Below, in pieces: positions 8,694 to 18,031 of a stretch of DNA of 29,552 nucleotides (position 1 is the stretch's first letter; every line of letters begins with the position of its first letter). Source of the stretch: a virus (Duplodnaviria; Caudoviricetes); the IMG/VR virus record IMGVR_UViG_3300032227_001784, positions 1 through 29,552 of that record; one strand, given 5' to 3'. Under the pieces are notes generated by a model. The model worked only from the letters and a program-made list of their open reading frames with translations, did no database searches and had not been told where the DNA came from. Position numbers and translations under genes: made by a program.

Positions 8694-10913
8694 ATGAAAG
8701 CCATTCAGATAATCAGTCAGGACGTCTTTGACAAAATACGCAGTCGTTTCTCCAATTTAGAAATGGGCGACGAAACTGGTGCAGTAACCATTGACCCAGC
8801 AGAGGCACGTTTTTTTGATTTTGATTTTATCCACGAAGGTAATAATCTAGGTCGAGTCAGTATTAGTCTAAACGATTTAGGTAGTCTTAAAGTATATTAT
8901 AGTCAAGGCATTACAGAAAATCATGATACTCCTGTTAAACAGACATGGTATGATTTTTTAAAAGAAATGCGGTTCTTTGCCATGCGTAGACTATTGAGAT
9001 TTGACACTAGGGATATTGCTAAGAACAATTTAGATAAAAATGATTTCCAGCATTTAGCTGCAACCCAAGGCCCTAAGGAAGAGGAAGATATGACAACTGT
9101 AAATGAAAGTCGTTGGAACCATAAAAGTTCACGCAAAACCAGTCGTGCTGTACAGGGACGCACTGAAGTCATTGTTAGACATCACAAACCAGTAGATGAA
9201 GAATTTGCTGGGTCACGTAGCCAACGTAAAAACATCAAGGCAATTTTTATTCAAAACAAGGATGGTGAACGTTTCAAGTATCCTTTTATACATTCAGCAG
9301 GCGCATTTGCCATGGCACAACACGTAGATCACGGTGGCGCTCCACATGACCCAGCAGGCCGTGCTATTATTAAAATGAGTGAAGAAATTGCTCAATTAGG
9401 CGAATTTCAAAGAAAAGTACAACATCAAACACTACATGACGATGCTACAGGAATAACAGAGAGGGCCGTAGGCCGACTACAAGAACTAAAATCGAAAATT
9501 GCAGCAATAGGCAAGCGTCAACATTATGAATCATGGATGGAATCATTTGTAGAGCAAGAACAATTGGACGACAACATGGCAGAATTAGATGCTGTAACCA
9601 TGGAAGACTACAAGAGTAAATTTACACAGAAAAATTTCCAAGAAGAACTTACACAATATTTTCCATTGATACATCGCATCATGAGCGAAAAAATCGAATT
9701 AGAAGATTTAGTTAAAGAAGAAGATAGTGAAGAAGACAAAGAAGACGAAGATCAAGTTAAAGAAAGCATATTCAAAGAATTTGAAGATTGGGCAGATGCA
9801 ACAGAAAAGGGCGAATTAACCGACGATCAAGTTGAGGCAATGAAACAGGCATTAGAACAGCTACCGGAACCGTTACAACTAGGCCCCAATGGAGAAACAG
9901 CCATAAACTTTTTCAGCGAATTAGGATTAGACAACGAAGAATTAAATCAAAACTTTGAAGACGAAGCAAGAATTGACAGTTCAGCAGATCCTATGACGGA
10001 TGTATTTGTTCCTTGGGCTCAAGAAAATCAGCCAGGCTTATTAGACAAATTAGGCATTAATTATACAGATGCAGAAGGCCAATCACCTGTACCCGTAGCG
10101 GATGCCGGAGCAGAAGCACCTCCGGCTCCACCTGTACCACCTGCGCCGGAGACAGAACAGCCCACTGCAGAAATGACACAACCAGAAGGTCGTGGAACTG
10201 CTACTGTGCATGGTATCATGTCGGCAGAGAACGACGAAGGCACATGGCCCAACAGCACCATGACAGCAGAAGGTCGGTCGGGTATGGTTCAAAAGATTGC
10301 TGAGATTGTCAAGAGTCGTTTCAACGAAGACAACCCCGATGTAGGCGCATTTAGAGATCCTGAAAACATTGCCACTGAAGTTAAGAAGGAAATTTCTGAA
10401 AAATACGGTGATGAAATGGGCGAACGTGCCAGAGAAATGGCCGAACAATTTATGGAAAAACTCACACGTCGTTGGGCCAAAAAACATGGCAAGGTCAATG
10501 ATACGGACGGCTTGGCTCGTATTAAAGAACTAATTGGAATGCCAGTAGAACCGGAAATGGAGGAAGGTGCTATGAGTGAAAATGATATTGACTTTCAAAA
10601 TGATCTACCTGAAATGATTGCTGCACTGCGTAGCAAGCGAGTCAATGCAGGAGATATGCGTCGTCAATTTGGAAGCAGTTGGAAACATTTAGTCGGTATG
10701 ACACCCGCGTTTGCTGGCAAGAATCCCACCAGAACCGAAATATTAAAAACAGCTATGGAACTGCAAAGTGAGCAGGAACCGGAGGAGCCCTATGCTGATG
10801 ATTATGCCCCCGGACACAGTGATGGTGCCCATGACGATATGGATCACGAATTTAATCAGTCTCGTGAGCGTGGGGAAATGGAAAGCATATTGAAATTGGC
10901 TGGATTGAAATAA
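8694..10913 (+). CDS. Large acidic multi-domain hypothetical protein (putative virion-internal protein)
   Basis: 739-aa ORF after a late box; globular N-terminal half, acidic and Pro-rich linkers, LARIKELIG and C-terminal ESILKLAGLK motifs. Confidence 0.7.
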   Translation: MKAIQIISQDVFDKIRSRFSNLEMGDETGAVTIDPAEARFFDFDFIHEGNNLGRVSISLNDLGSLKVYYSQGITENHDTPVKQTWYDFLKEMRFFAMRRLLRFDTRDIAKNNLDKNDFQHLAATQGPKEEEDMTTVNESRWNHKSSRKTSRAVQGRTEVIVRHHKPVDEEFAGSRSQRKNIKAIFIQNKDGERFKYPFIHSAGAFAMAQHVDHGGAPHDPAGRAIIKMSEEIAQLGEFQRKVQHQTLHDDATGITERAVGRLQELKSKIAAIGKRQHYESWMESFVEQEQLDDNMAELDAVTMEDYKSKFTQKNFQEELTQYFPLIHRIMSEKIELEDLVKEEDSEEDKEDEDQVKESIFKEFEDWADATEKGELTDDQVEAMKQALEQLPEPLQLGPNGETAINFFSELGLDNEELNQNFEDEARIDSSADPMTDVFVPWAQENQPGLLDKLGINYTDAEGQSPVPVADAGAEAPPAPPVPPAPETEQPTAEMTQPEGRGTATVHGIMSAENDEGTWPNSTMTAEGRSGMVQKIAEIVKSRFNEDNPDVGAFRDPENIATEVKKEISEKYGDEMGERAREMAEQFMEKLTRRWAKKHGKVNDTDGLARIKELIGMPVEPEMEEGAMSENDIDFQNDLPEMIAALRSKRVNAGDMRRQFGSSWKHLVGMTPAFAGKNPTRTEILKTAMELQSEQEPEEPYADDYAPGHSDGAHDDMDHEFNQSRERGEMESILKLAGLK

Positions 10914-10930
10914 TCTGGCAATATTTGAGG

Positions 10931-10959
10931 TTGCGAGATAAATAAAGTTAGTATACAAT
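10931..10959 (+). promoter_or_regulatory. Sigma70-type promoter with nested late box upstream of gp32
   Basis: TTGCGA(10931-10936)-17 nt-TACAAT(10954-10959); ATAAATA at 10938-10944 inside the spacer. Confidence 0.65.
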
Positions 10960-11004
10960 TACTGTATGCTAACTTTTTTCTTTTAGTCAGTGGGCTATAA
11001 GAAA
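10944..11004 (+). promoter_or_regulatory. Two tandem hairpins upstream of gp32 (terminator and/or translational operator)
   Basis: AAAGTTAGTATACA-attac-TGTATGCTAACTTT (10944-10976, 14 bp, one G:U) followed by a T run; then TTTCTTTTAGTC-agtg-GGCTATAAGAAA (10977-11004, 11 of 12 pairs). Confidence 0.6.
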
Positions 11005-11043
11005 TGGCATAAAATAGGCACATAAACATCAAGGAGAAATATT

Positions 11044-12036
11044 ATGGCTACTCTTGCAGAAATTCGCGCTAAACTTCAACAATCCAGTCAGCAAACTATC
11101 AGCACTGGAGACAACGCAATTTATCCACACTGGAACATCCAAGACGGACAAACTGCTACCGTTCGATTCCTTCCGGACGCAGACTCAAATAACACTTTTT
11201 TCTGGGTTGAACGTAACCTAATCAAATTGCCTTTTGCTGGCGTCAAAGGCGAGACCAACAGCAAACCCGTCCAAGTCCAGGTCCCCTGTATGGAGATGTG
11301 GGGCGAGACTTGTCCTATTCTCACCGAAGTTCGTCCATGGTTTAAAGACAAGAGCCTGGAGGAAATGGGTCGTCGTTATTGGAAAAAGAAATCATATTTG
11401 TTCCAGGGCTTTGTTACTGATAGCAAGTACCAGGAAGACAAGACACCAGAAAATCCCATCCGTCGATTTATCATCGGCAGCCAAATCTTTAACATTGTTA
11501 AGAATGCACTGATGGACAGTGAGATCGAAGAACTGCCCACCGACTATGTTCGTGGGCTGGACTTTAAGATCGTTAAAACCAGCAAAGGTGGCTATGCTGA
11601 CTACAGCACCAGCAACTGGGCTCGTCGCGAACGTGCTCTAAATGAAGCAGAACAGGCTGCTATTAAACAGTATGGTTTGTTTAATCTGTCAGACTTCCTG
11701 CCTAAAAAACCAGGCGCAGTGGAACTCAAGGTCATGAAAGAAATGTTCGAAGCGTCAGTTGACGGCGAGGCATTTGACATGGACCGTTGGGGTTCTTACT
11801 TCAAACCCGCAGGTATGGGCGGTGGTGGTGCTGCCACTGGTGCCAAAGGATCTTCAGCAGAGGTAGATGACGTCCCTTTTGAAGCCGCGGCAGCAACGCC
11901 CTCCCGAGTTGTTGCCGCTCCAAGCAAACCAGTTGTCGAGGAGCAAGAACCTGTTGCCGAATCAGACTCGGGCAGTGAAGCCAGCAGCCGTGCTGCGGAC
12001 ATTATTGCAATGATTCGCAAGCGTCAGTCTAACTAA
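11044..12036 (+). CDS. Single-stranded DNA-binding protein (T4 gp32-like)
   Basis: ATVRFLPD, VPC...CP, RYWKKKSY, G.DFKIVKTSKGGYADYSTS; SD AAGGAG; upstream of uvsX. Confidence 0.9.
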   Translation: MATLAEIRAKLQQSSQQTISTGDNAIYPHWNIQDGQTATVRFLPDADSNNTFFWVERNLIKLPFAGVKGETNSKPVQVQVPCMEMWGETCPILTEVRPWFKDKSLEEMGRRYWKKKSYLFQGFVTDSKYQEDKTPENPIRRFIIGSQIFNIVKNALMDSEIEELPTDYVRGLDFKIVKTSKGGYADYSTSNWARRERALNEAEQAAIKQYGLFNLSDFLPKKPGAVELKVMKEMFEASVDGEAFDMDRWGSYFKPAGMGGGGAATGAKGSSAEVDDVPFEAAAATPSRVVAAPSKPVVEEQEPVAESDSGSEASSRAADIIAMIRKRQSN

Positions 12037-12050
12037 TAGGAGATTGAATC

Positions 12051-12260
12051 ATGACTAAAAAAACAATCTCTAAAATTGGCGATAAATTGGCAAAAATTGG
12101 CGAGTCGTTTACTGTGAACATGTACGACAATGGCTACATGTTTGAAGTAGGTGGTCGAGACAGCACCGGTGATTATAAGAGTGTAAAAATTCTTGCTCCA
12201 ACTACGGAACAACTGGTACTGTTGATCAAAGAAGCCATCGAAATGGACAGAGACGAATGA
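12051..12260 (+). CDS. Small hypothetical protein
   Basis: SD AGGAG; stop overlaps uvsX start (ATGA). Confidence 0.75.
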   Translation: MTKKTISKIGDKLAKIGESFTVNMYDNGYMFEVGGRDSTGDYKSVKILAPTTEQLVLLIKEAIEMDRDE

Positions 12261-13309
12261 CCAAGGCCTTTGACATCTCAAAATTTCGTAAAAGCCTTAC
12301 CAAGTCCATTGACGGGCTTGGTATTGGTTTTAACGATCCTACTGATTGGGTCAGTACAGGCAATTACGCCCTTAACTATCTAATCAGTGGGGACTTTTTC
12401 AAAGGCATTCCGCTGGGCAAAGTCACTGTATTTGCTGGCGAAAGTGGTGCTGGTAAGAGTTATATCTGTTCCGGCAACATTATTCGGCATGCACAAGAAC
12501 AAGGCATTTATGTTGTTCTTGTTGATACAGAAAATGCTCTGGACGAAAAATGGCTATTGGACTTGGGTGTGGATACACACGAAGATAAACTGCTTAAACT
12601 CAACATGGCCATGATTGATGATGTGGCAAAAACCATTCATGAGTTTATGAAAGAATACAAGGTCATGCCCGACACCGAGCGTCCTAAAGTTCTTTTTGTC
12701 ATTGATAGTTTGGGCATGTTGTTGACTCCTACTGATATTAATCAGTTTGAAGCAGGTGATTTGAAAGGTGACATGGGTCGTAAACCCAAGGCCCTGACTG
12801 CACTGGTTCGCAACTGTGTTAATATGTTTGGTAATTATAATGTAGGCATGGTTTGTACCAATCATACCTATGCCAGCCAAGACATGTTTGACCCCGATGA
12901 CAAGATCTCAGGTGGTCAAGGTTTTGTCTACGCTTCCAGTATTGTTGTTGCTATGAAAAAACTCAAACTCAAAGAGGACGAGGATGGCAACAAAGTCACG
13001 GATGTGTTGGGCATCCGGTCGGCCTGTAAGATCATGAAAACTCGTTATGCTAAACCATTTGAAAGTGTCCAGGTTAAAATTCCCTATTCAACAGGCATGA
13101 GTCCTACCAGTGGACTTGTTGATCTATTTGAAAAATTAGGAATCTTGACAAAAAGCGGAAATAAGTTACAATATGTCAGTAAGAAGACCGGGGAAATCAG
13201 CAGTGAATTCCGTAAAAACTGGACAGAAGATAAATTAATGACCATCATGTTGGAATGGGACAATTCAATTGTGACCGCTCCTGTAACTGTTGAAGAAACT
13301 GAGGAATAA
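12257..13309 (+). CDS. uvsX: RecA-like recombinase UvsX
   Basis: STGNYALNYLISG, Walker A GESGAGKS, VDTENAL, Walker B FVIDSLG, GDMGRKPK, TNHTY, SGGQG..YASS. Confidence 0.93.
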   Translation: MTKAFDISKFRKSLTKSIDGLGIGFNDPTDWVSTGNYALNYLISGDFFKGIPLGKVTVFAGESGAGKSYICSGNIIRHAQEQGIYVVLVDTENALDEKWLLDLGVDTHEDKLLKLNMAMIDDVAKTIHEFMKEYKVMPDTERPKVLFVIDSLGMLLTPTDINQFEAGDLKGDMGRKPKALTALVRNCVNMFGNYNVGMVCTNHTYASQDMFDPDDKISGGQGFVYASSIVVAMKKLKLKEDEDGNKVTDVLGIRSACKIMKTRYAKPFESVQVKIPYSTGMSPTSGLVDLFEKLGILTKSGNKLQYVSKKTGEISSEFRKNWTEDKLMTIMLEWDNSIVTAPVTVEETEE

Positions 13310-13312
13310 AAA

Positions 13313-13573
13313 ATGGAAGAAGATCTCATCATTGAAATTTGGGACACATTTAAAGAATATGTTCCAGAAAAAAATCGTGATAATGCTGCAGCACACTTTA
13401 TCGATTTTCTCATCGGCCGCGACGTGGAAATGAGTGTGATTGAAAGCCTGTCTGGCTTTGATCCTCATCTTGACAATGCTATTGAAACTGTCATGGACGA
13501 AGAAAATGGCTATGTCGATAACGAGGATGATGACGCAGATTGGGATAGGTACGACGACGACGAGGATCATTAA
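13313..13573 (+). CDS. Small acidic hypothetical protein
   Basis: SD GAGG; 86 aa with Asp-rich tail; coupled to the next gene (TAATG). Confidence 0.75.
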   Translation: MEEDLIIEIWDTFKEYVPEKNRDNAAAHFIDFLIGRDVEMSVIESLSGFDPHLDNAIETVMDEENGYVDNEDDDADWDRYDDDEDH

Positions 13574-14028
13574 TGACTTGGTATAGCCAAGTCAGTAAAG
13601 ATATTGCACACCTCCCGGACTGTTTAACTTATTTTTATAACGAACTAGATCGGGCCCGCCAAGAAGTCAAAATCCACGGTATAGTGGAGCGGGCTTCGGC
13701 GGCCTTGCCCGGTATTGTTGAACAGAGATTCAATCAACTTCAAGAAATTGAGGCTGTGCTGGAATATCTCAATATTGAACTGCGCCGCATACGATCTAAA
13801 GCATTTAGAAAGTATTTGGAAAACTATCAACGAGCACTTAGTAGTCGTGATTGTGAAAAATATGTGGAAGGTGAGGCAGATGTAGTTGATATGGAGAAAA
13901 TCATCAACGAATTTGCCATGTTGAGAAATCAATGGCTGGGCATTATCAAGGCACTGGACATCAAAGGCTACCAAATTAATAATATTATCAAACTGCGAGC
14001 CGCTGGGCTGGAAGATATTGCTCTTTGA
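13573..14028 (+). CDS. uvsY: Recombination mediator UvsY-like
   Basis: 151-aa helical protein with YVEGEADV...IIKALDIKGYQINNIIKLR matching the UvsY C-terminal pattern; between uvsX and uvsW. Confidence 0.75.
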   Translation: MTWYSQVSKDIAHLPDCLTYFYNELDRARQEVKIHGIVERASAALPGIVEQRFNQLQEIEAVLEYLNIELRRIRSKAFRKYLENYQRALSSRDCEKYVEGEADVVDMEKIINEFAMLRNQWLGIIKALDIKGYQINNIIKLRAAGLEDIAL

Positions 14029-14046
14029 TCAAATCTCCTGTATAAT
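14018..14046 (+). promoter_or_regulatory. Sigma70-type promoter, candidate leaderless transcript
   Basis: TTGCTC(14018-14023)-17 nt-TATAAT(14041-14046)-6 nt-ATG(14053); no SD. Confidence 0.75.
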
Positions 14047-14052
14047 AAACTC

Positions 14053-15243
14053 ATGAACATCGAAGATCTTGTTGCTTTTTCCATCAGACACCCGGTTCCC
14101 CTGAACTCTTGGGACAGTCGTATGATGAATAGTATCTACGAACAGATTGCGTTTAAAAACAGCCTGACTGAAAAACAAGGTGCTGCTGTGGTAAAAATCT
14201 TAAAAAGATATCACTCGGCAATTTCCACTTACGCAGGACAGGATATTTTGCAATATTTGGAAAATCCCTCATATCGTCTGGGCATTAGAAAAATCAACAC
14301 TGTCAAACGCATCACCATTGTTGACCATGAGTTATATGAACGTGCCATCCAGGTGCAATTTCCATTTGAACAAAACATTATCGAAGCCATCAAAGATAAA
14401 AAAAATATCAATCACGCAGGCCAGTGGGATTCTGAGAAAAAATCATGGATTTTTCCTCTAAGCGAATACAGCATTGCTCATTTGAAAAATATCGCCCAAG
14501 AAAACTCTTTTGAAATGGATGCAGAATTTGCTTCTTACGTTGAACAATACAATTCTATTGTCAAAAACATAGAGCAATACATACCTTTACTACTGGCAGA
14601 AAATGGAGAGGTAAAAATTCGCAATTTTGATGAAAAATTGGTGAATTTTTCGTCGGAAAATATCTTAAAATCTGTCTTTGAGGCAAGAAAATTAGGAGTT
14701 TTGACCTGGGGTGAAAACATTGAGGAATACCTCAAAACAGATGAAATTGATCAAAACACCAGAGATTTCTTACGAAGTGATCCCAGTAAAGATTTCCATA
14801 TCAACAGTGAAAAATACGACATTTTTTCACTGAGTGATATAGTAAAATACATGACTCCAACTTTGTTTATTATTCCCGGAGGCAGTGAATTAGAAAAATT
14901 ACAAACCTGTTGTGATTTCTTAACCAATATAGGAATTGTCTCAAATGAAATCAGTGTGATGTTTAGAATGCCCAAAGAAACTCACGAAAATTTCAATAAT
15001 TTTGTGAAAAATTCCGGTTTTAACAATCCCATCACAACAGATACTCGTGCTGTGTTTATCAGCGGAAAGTTTCCTAAACCTGTGCTTAAATCTGGAATCA
15101 AATTTCACACAGTGATCAATTTGGGTTTTGATAATGTACATTACAGCATGAGAGATTTTGTGAAAAATCACGAAAATTTGGTTTATTACACTGAAAAAAT
15201 CAACCCCACACAAACGGAATTTACATGGCTTCTTGCAAGGTAA
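14053..15243 (+). CDS. Hypothetical protein with HARP-like domain
   Basis: IQVQFPFEQNIIEAIK...GQWDSEKKSWIF fits a HARP/DUF5710-like pattern; no Walker A; overlaps the uvsW start. Confidence 0.6.
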   Translation: MNIEDLVAFSIRHPVPLNSWDSRMMNSIYEQIAFKNSLTEKQGAAVVKILKRYHSAISTYAGQDILQYLENPSYRLGIRKINTVKRITIVDHELYERAIQVQFPFEQNIIEAIKDKKNINHAGQWDSEKKSWIFPLSEYSIAHLKNIAQENSFEMDAEFASYVEQYNSIVKNIEQYIPLLLAENGEVKIRNFDEKLVNFSSENILKSVFEARKLGVLTWGENIEEYLKTDEIDQNTRDFLRSDPSKDFHINSEKYDIFSLSDIVKYMTPTLFIIPGGSELEKLQTCCDFLTNIGIVSNEISVMFRMPKETHENFNNFVKNSGFNNPITTDTRAVFISGKFPKPVLKSGIKFHTVINLGFDNVHYSMRDFVKNHENLVYYTEKINPTQTEFTWLLAR

Positions 15244-16685
15244 TAATCAAAGACGAAGTCAACGTTAAGCTCGAGAATCTCGATCTTGACACCCGTAAAG
15301 CACTGGTCAAAAAATTCAAATATGAGGACCCCAGTGCTCGTTTTCGTCCTAGTTATCGGCTAGGCCGGTGGGATGGTAGTATCAGTTTCTTCGGTCTGGG
15401 CGGAACCACCTATATGAGCATGTTGCCACAGGTCTTGGAGTATTTAGAAAGCAAGAATTTCTATATTGAGCTGGAAGATCACCGCGATCCCATCAACTTG
15501 GATTTTGAAGCTATTACCACAGAATTTTGGGGTGATTTGACTTGGCCAGAAGGACACCGTTTTGCTGGCCAACCTATTAGATTACGTGAGGATCAAGTTG
15601 ATGTTATCAACATGTTTCTCAAACATCCACAATGTATTCAGGAAATTGCCACCGGTTTTGGCAAAACCATTACCACAGCAACATTGAGTAAAATCTGTGA
15701 AAAATTTGGTCGTACAATTACCATTGTTCCTAACAAAAGCCTGGTAGAACAAACCGAAGAGGATTTTATTAATTGCCAATTAGACGTGGGAGTTTACTAC
15801 GGAGACAGAAAAGATCTAGATAAAACCCATACAATCTGTACTTGGCAAAGTTTGAATATACTGGATAAAAATACCAAAAATCACGACGAATTTGCTGCTG
15901 CAAAATTGGAAGAATTACTGAACAATGTTCAAACTGTTATGGTGGATGAAGTGCATATGGCCAAGGCCGATGTGTTGAAAAACCTGCTGACTCGCAACTT
16001 GTCCCAAACTCCGATTCGATGGGGACTGACCGGAACTATCCCTAAAGCCGAACATGAATTCCAGTCCATCAAAGCCAGCTTAGGCGAAGTGGTAAATCGT
16101 GTTCAAGCACACACTTTGCAGGAGTCCGGAGTACTGAGCCAATGTCATGTAAATATTGTTCAGACTGCCGAATGGAAAGAATTTCGTAGCTATCAAGAAG
16201 AATTAAAATACCTGGTCACCGATGAAGTCAGAATGACTTATATCGCTGAATTGATCAGTCGTATTGCTGAAACTGGCAATACACTGATCCTGGTAGACCG
16301 AATTGAAAGTGGTAAGTTTTTAGTTGAAAATTTACCAGAAAGTGTTTTTGTATCCGGCGAAGTCAAAACAAAAAATAGGAAAGAACACTATGATGAAATT
16401 AAGACTGCCGACAATAAAATTATCGTGGCCACTTATGGCGTTGCTGCCGTTGGGATTAATATTCCCAGGATTTTTAATTTGGTCTTGCTGGAACCAGGAA
16501 AAAGTTTTGTCCGAGTTATTCAAAGCATTGGACGAGGAATTAGAAAAGCCGACGACAAAGACTTTGTAAACATACACGACATCACTGCGGCTTCCAAATA
16601 TGCCAAACGCCATCTTACTGAACGTAAACGCTTCTACAAGGAAGCACAGTACCCCTTTACCATAGAAAAAGTCAAATACCAATGA
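15225..16685 (+). CDS. uvsW: SF2 DNA helicase UvsW-like
   Basis: LREDQ (Q motif), ATGFGKT, DEVH, GLTGT, GINIP, QSIGRGIR; N-terminal WDG.I motif typical of UvsW. Confidence 0.92.
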   Translation: MASCKVIIKDEVNVKLENLDLDTRKALVKKFKYEDPSARFRPSYRLGRWDGSISFFGLGGTTYMSMLPQVLEYLESKNFYIELEDHRDPINLDFEAITTEFWGDLTWPEGHRFAGQPIRLREDQVDVINMFLKHPQCIQEIATGFGKTITTATLSKICEKFGRTITIVPNKSLVEQTEEDFINCQLDVGVYYGDRKDLDKTHTICTWQSLNILDKNTKNHDEFAAAKLEELLNNVQTVMVDEVHMAKADVLKNLLTRNLSQTPIRWGLTGTIPKAEHEFQSIKASLGEVVNRVQAHTLQESGVLSQCHVNIVQTAEWKEFRSYQEELKYLVTDEVRMTYIAELISRIAETGNTLILVDRIESGKFLVENLPESVFVSGEVKTKNRKEHYDEIKTADNKIIVATYGVAAVGINIPRIFNLVLLEPGKSFVRVIQSIGRGIRKADDKDFVNIHDITAASKYAKRHLTERKRFYKEAQYPFTIEKVKYQ

Positions 16686-17185
16686 GAATACTAACACTTG
16701 ACAATGAGATGTTCAGCTTGAACGATTTACCTGATGAAATTGAAGAAGATTTACGATTTGCTGTGCTGGACAATAGCGACAGCAGCAATCCGGATCATTT
16801 TTTCATTCCACTGATCTTTTTGGAGAGCTTTACAGGACCTGCTGTTGTACTGAAAATTGGAGACCATGAACTAACCATGCCGCTGGATTGGTGTACTATT
16901 GTAGGCGACCCCGAAGGTCCGGAAATGGAAGTACTGCCATTGACCAGTTTGAATGATAGAGGATTTCAAACATTTTGTTTTAATCCACTGGGCAGTTATA
17001 GACCAGAATTTTTTGATATTGACATCATTGATGTTTACCAAGATGTTAAATGGTATTTTCCCAAGATGAAACCGGGGCAACTACTGTGTACTCCGTTGCA
17101 TGAAGGTCCTAATCCTGCCTGTGCTTATTTTGTCAAAGAAGTCAGTCGGCAAAGTGAACTAATTAGTTATTCGGCCTGTTGGTAA
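16682..17185 (+). CDS. Hypothetical beta-rich protein, possibly a degenerate Hint fold
   Basis: ATGA-coupled to uvsW; the CDS is well supported, the fold is only inferred from residue spacing. Confidence 0.7.
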   Translation: MRILTLDNEMFSLNDLPDEIEEDLRFAVLDNSDSSNPDHFFIPLIFLESFTGPAVVLKIGDHELTMPLDWCTIVGDPEGPEMEVLPLTSLNDRGFQTFCFNPLGSYRPEFFDIDIIDVYQDVKWYFPKMKPGQLLCTPLHEGPNPACAYFVKEVSRQSELISYSACW

Positions 17186-17186
17186 A

Positions 17187-17369
17187 ATGAAACAAGAATT
17201 GCATTCGGTGAGTGAACGAAGAAAAAATTTATTGGATGAGATCAGAGAAAATCAACTCTGGGGCAATATTCATCGAGCGGCTCTAACCAATCCCGCTTTA
17301 CAAGAAGCCCTGGAACGTGTTAAAGTAATATATTATTTGAGTAAAGAAAATGGCCGCAGCAAAACTTGA
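17187..17369 (+). CDS. Small hypothetical protein
   Basis: 60-aa helical ORF filling the gap in a tightly packed operon. Confidence 0.6.
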   Translation: MKQELHSVSERRKNLLDEIRENQLWGNIHRAALTNPALQEALERVKVIYYLSKENGRSKT

Positions 17370-17814
17370 TATCAAACGAGAACTGGCAGCAGTAGACACA
17401 CGAAATTACGATTTCTATGACAATCTCACTCCAGAAGAACAGAAAGCCTTTAGTCCCTATATACTGATGCGTTATGTATCAAATACCACAGGCGATCGTG
17501 ATATACAAGAATGGTATTTGGAAAATACCAATGAATTTGTCAATAAGAATCATTGGACACTAAGTAAAAATCATAAATCTCTATTGTGGAAATTGTTTGC
17601 TGCCACCGGGGGTGGATCATCAACATATCATCCCTACATGGCAGCAGGCAAAAAGGAAAAAGTCAGCAAATTTGAAAATCTACTGGCGGAAACATATCCT
17701 GCCAAAAAGATAGAAGACATTAAATTGCTGGCCAGTCTAATGACTCAAGAAGAACGACAGGAATTTTTTGATAACCTTGGGTTTGATAAAAAACAAAGGA
17801 AAGAATATGAGTAA
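17350..17814 (+). CDS. Putative clamp-loader small subunit (T4 gp62-like)
   Basis: KAFSPYILMRYVS resembles the gp62 Y.PF...R.LS segment; size and replication-operon context fit. Confidence 0.45.
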   Translation: MAAAKLDIKRELAAVDTRNYDFYDNLTPEEQKAFSPYILMRYVSNTTGDRDIQEWYLENTNEFVNKNHWTLSKNHKSLLWKLFAATGGGSSTYHPYMAAGKKEKVSKFENLLAETYPAKKIEDIKLLASLMTQEERQEFFDNLGFDKKQRKEYE

Positions 17815-18031
17815 AGAAACTGATATATTTGATCACAAACAAATTAAAAAAGTGAATATTGATTTCAATGACGGCCATTGGAATGCCAAAACACACTATA
17901 TGATTGTGACATACAATACAGACTCCCCGGTGGGAATTTCTGCTAAATTAGTTCCGTACTATCAAGAAACAGAAATAACAGATGTGTCATTGGCCGAATC
18001 AATACTGAATCAATTTAAAATCCATAAATGA
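17807..18031 (+). CDS. Small hypothetical protein (start revised from 17768 to ATG 17807)
   Basis: SD AAGGA before ATG 17807, which overlaps the upstream gene end; 3' end coupled to the next gene. Confidence 0.6.
   Translation: MSKETDIFDHKQIKKVNIDFNDGHWNAKTHYMIVTYNTDSPVGISAKLVPYYQETEITDVSLAESILNQFKIHK

Noticed and set aside
13990-14028. LRAAGLEDIAL as another LAG head-targeting motif
   Set aside because: It is the C-terminus of a UvsY-like protein, does not match the I-x-x-LAG spacing, and overlaps a promoter.
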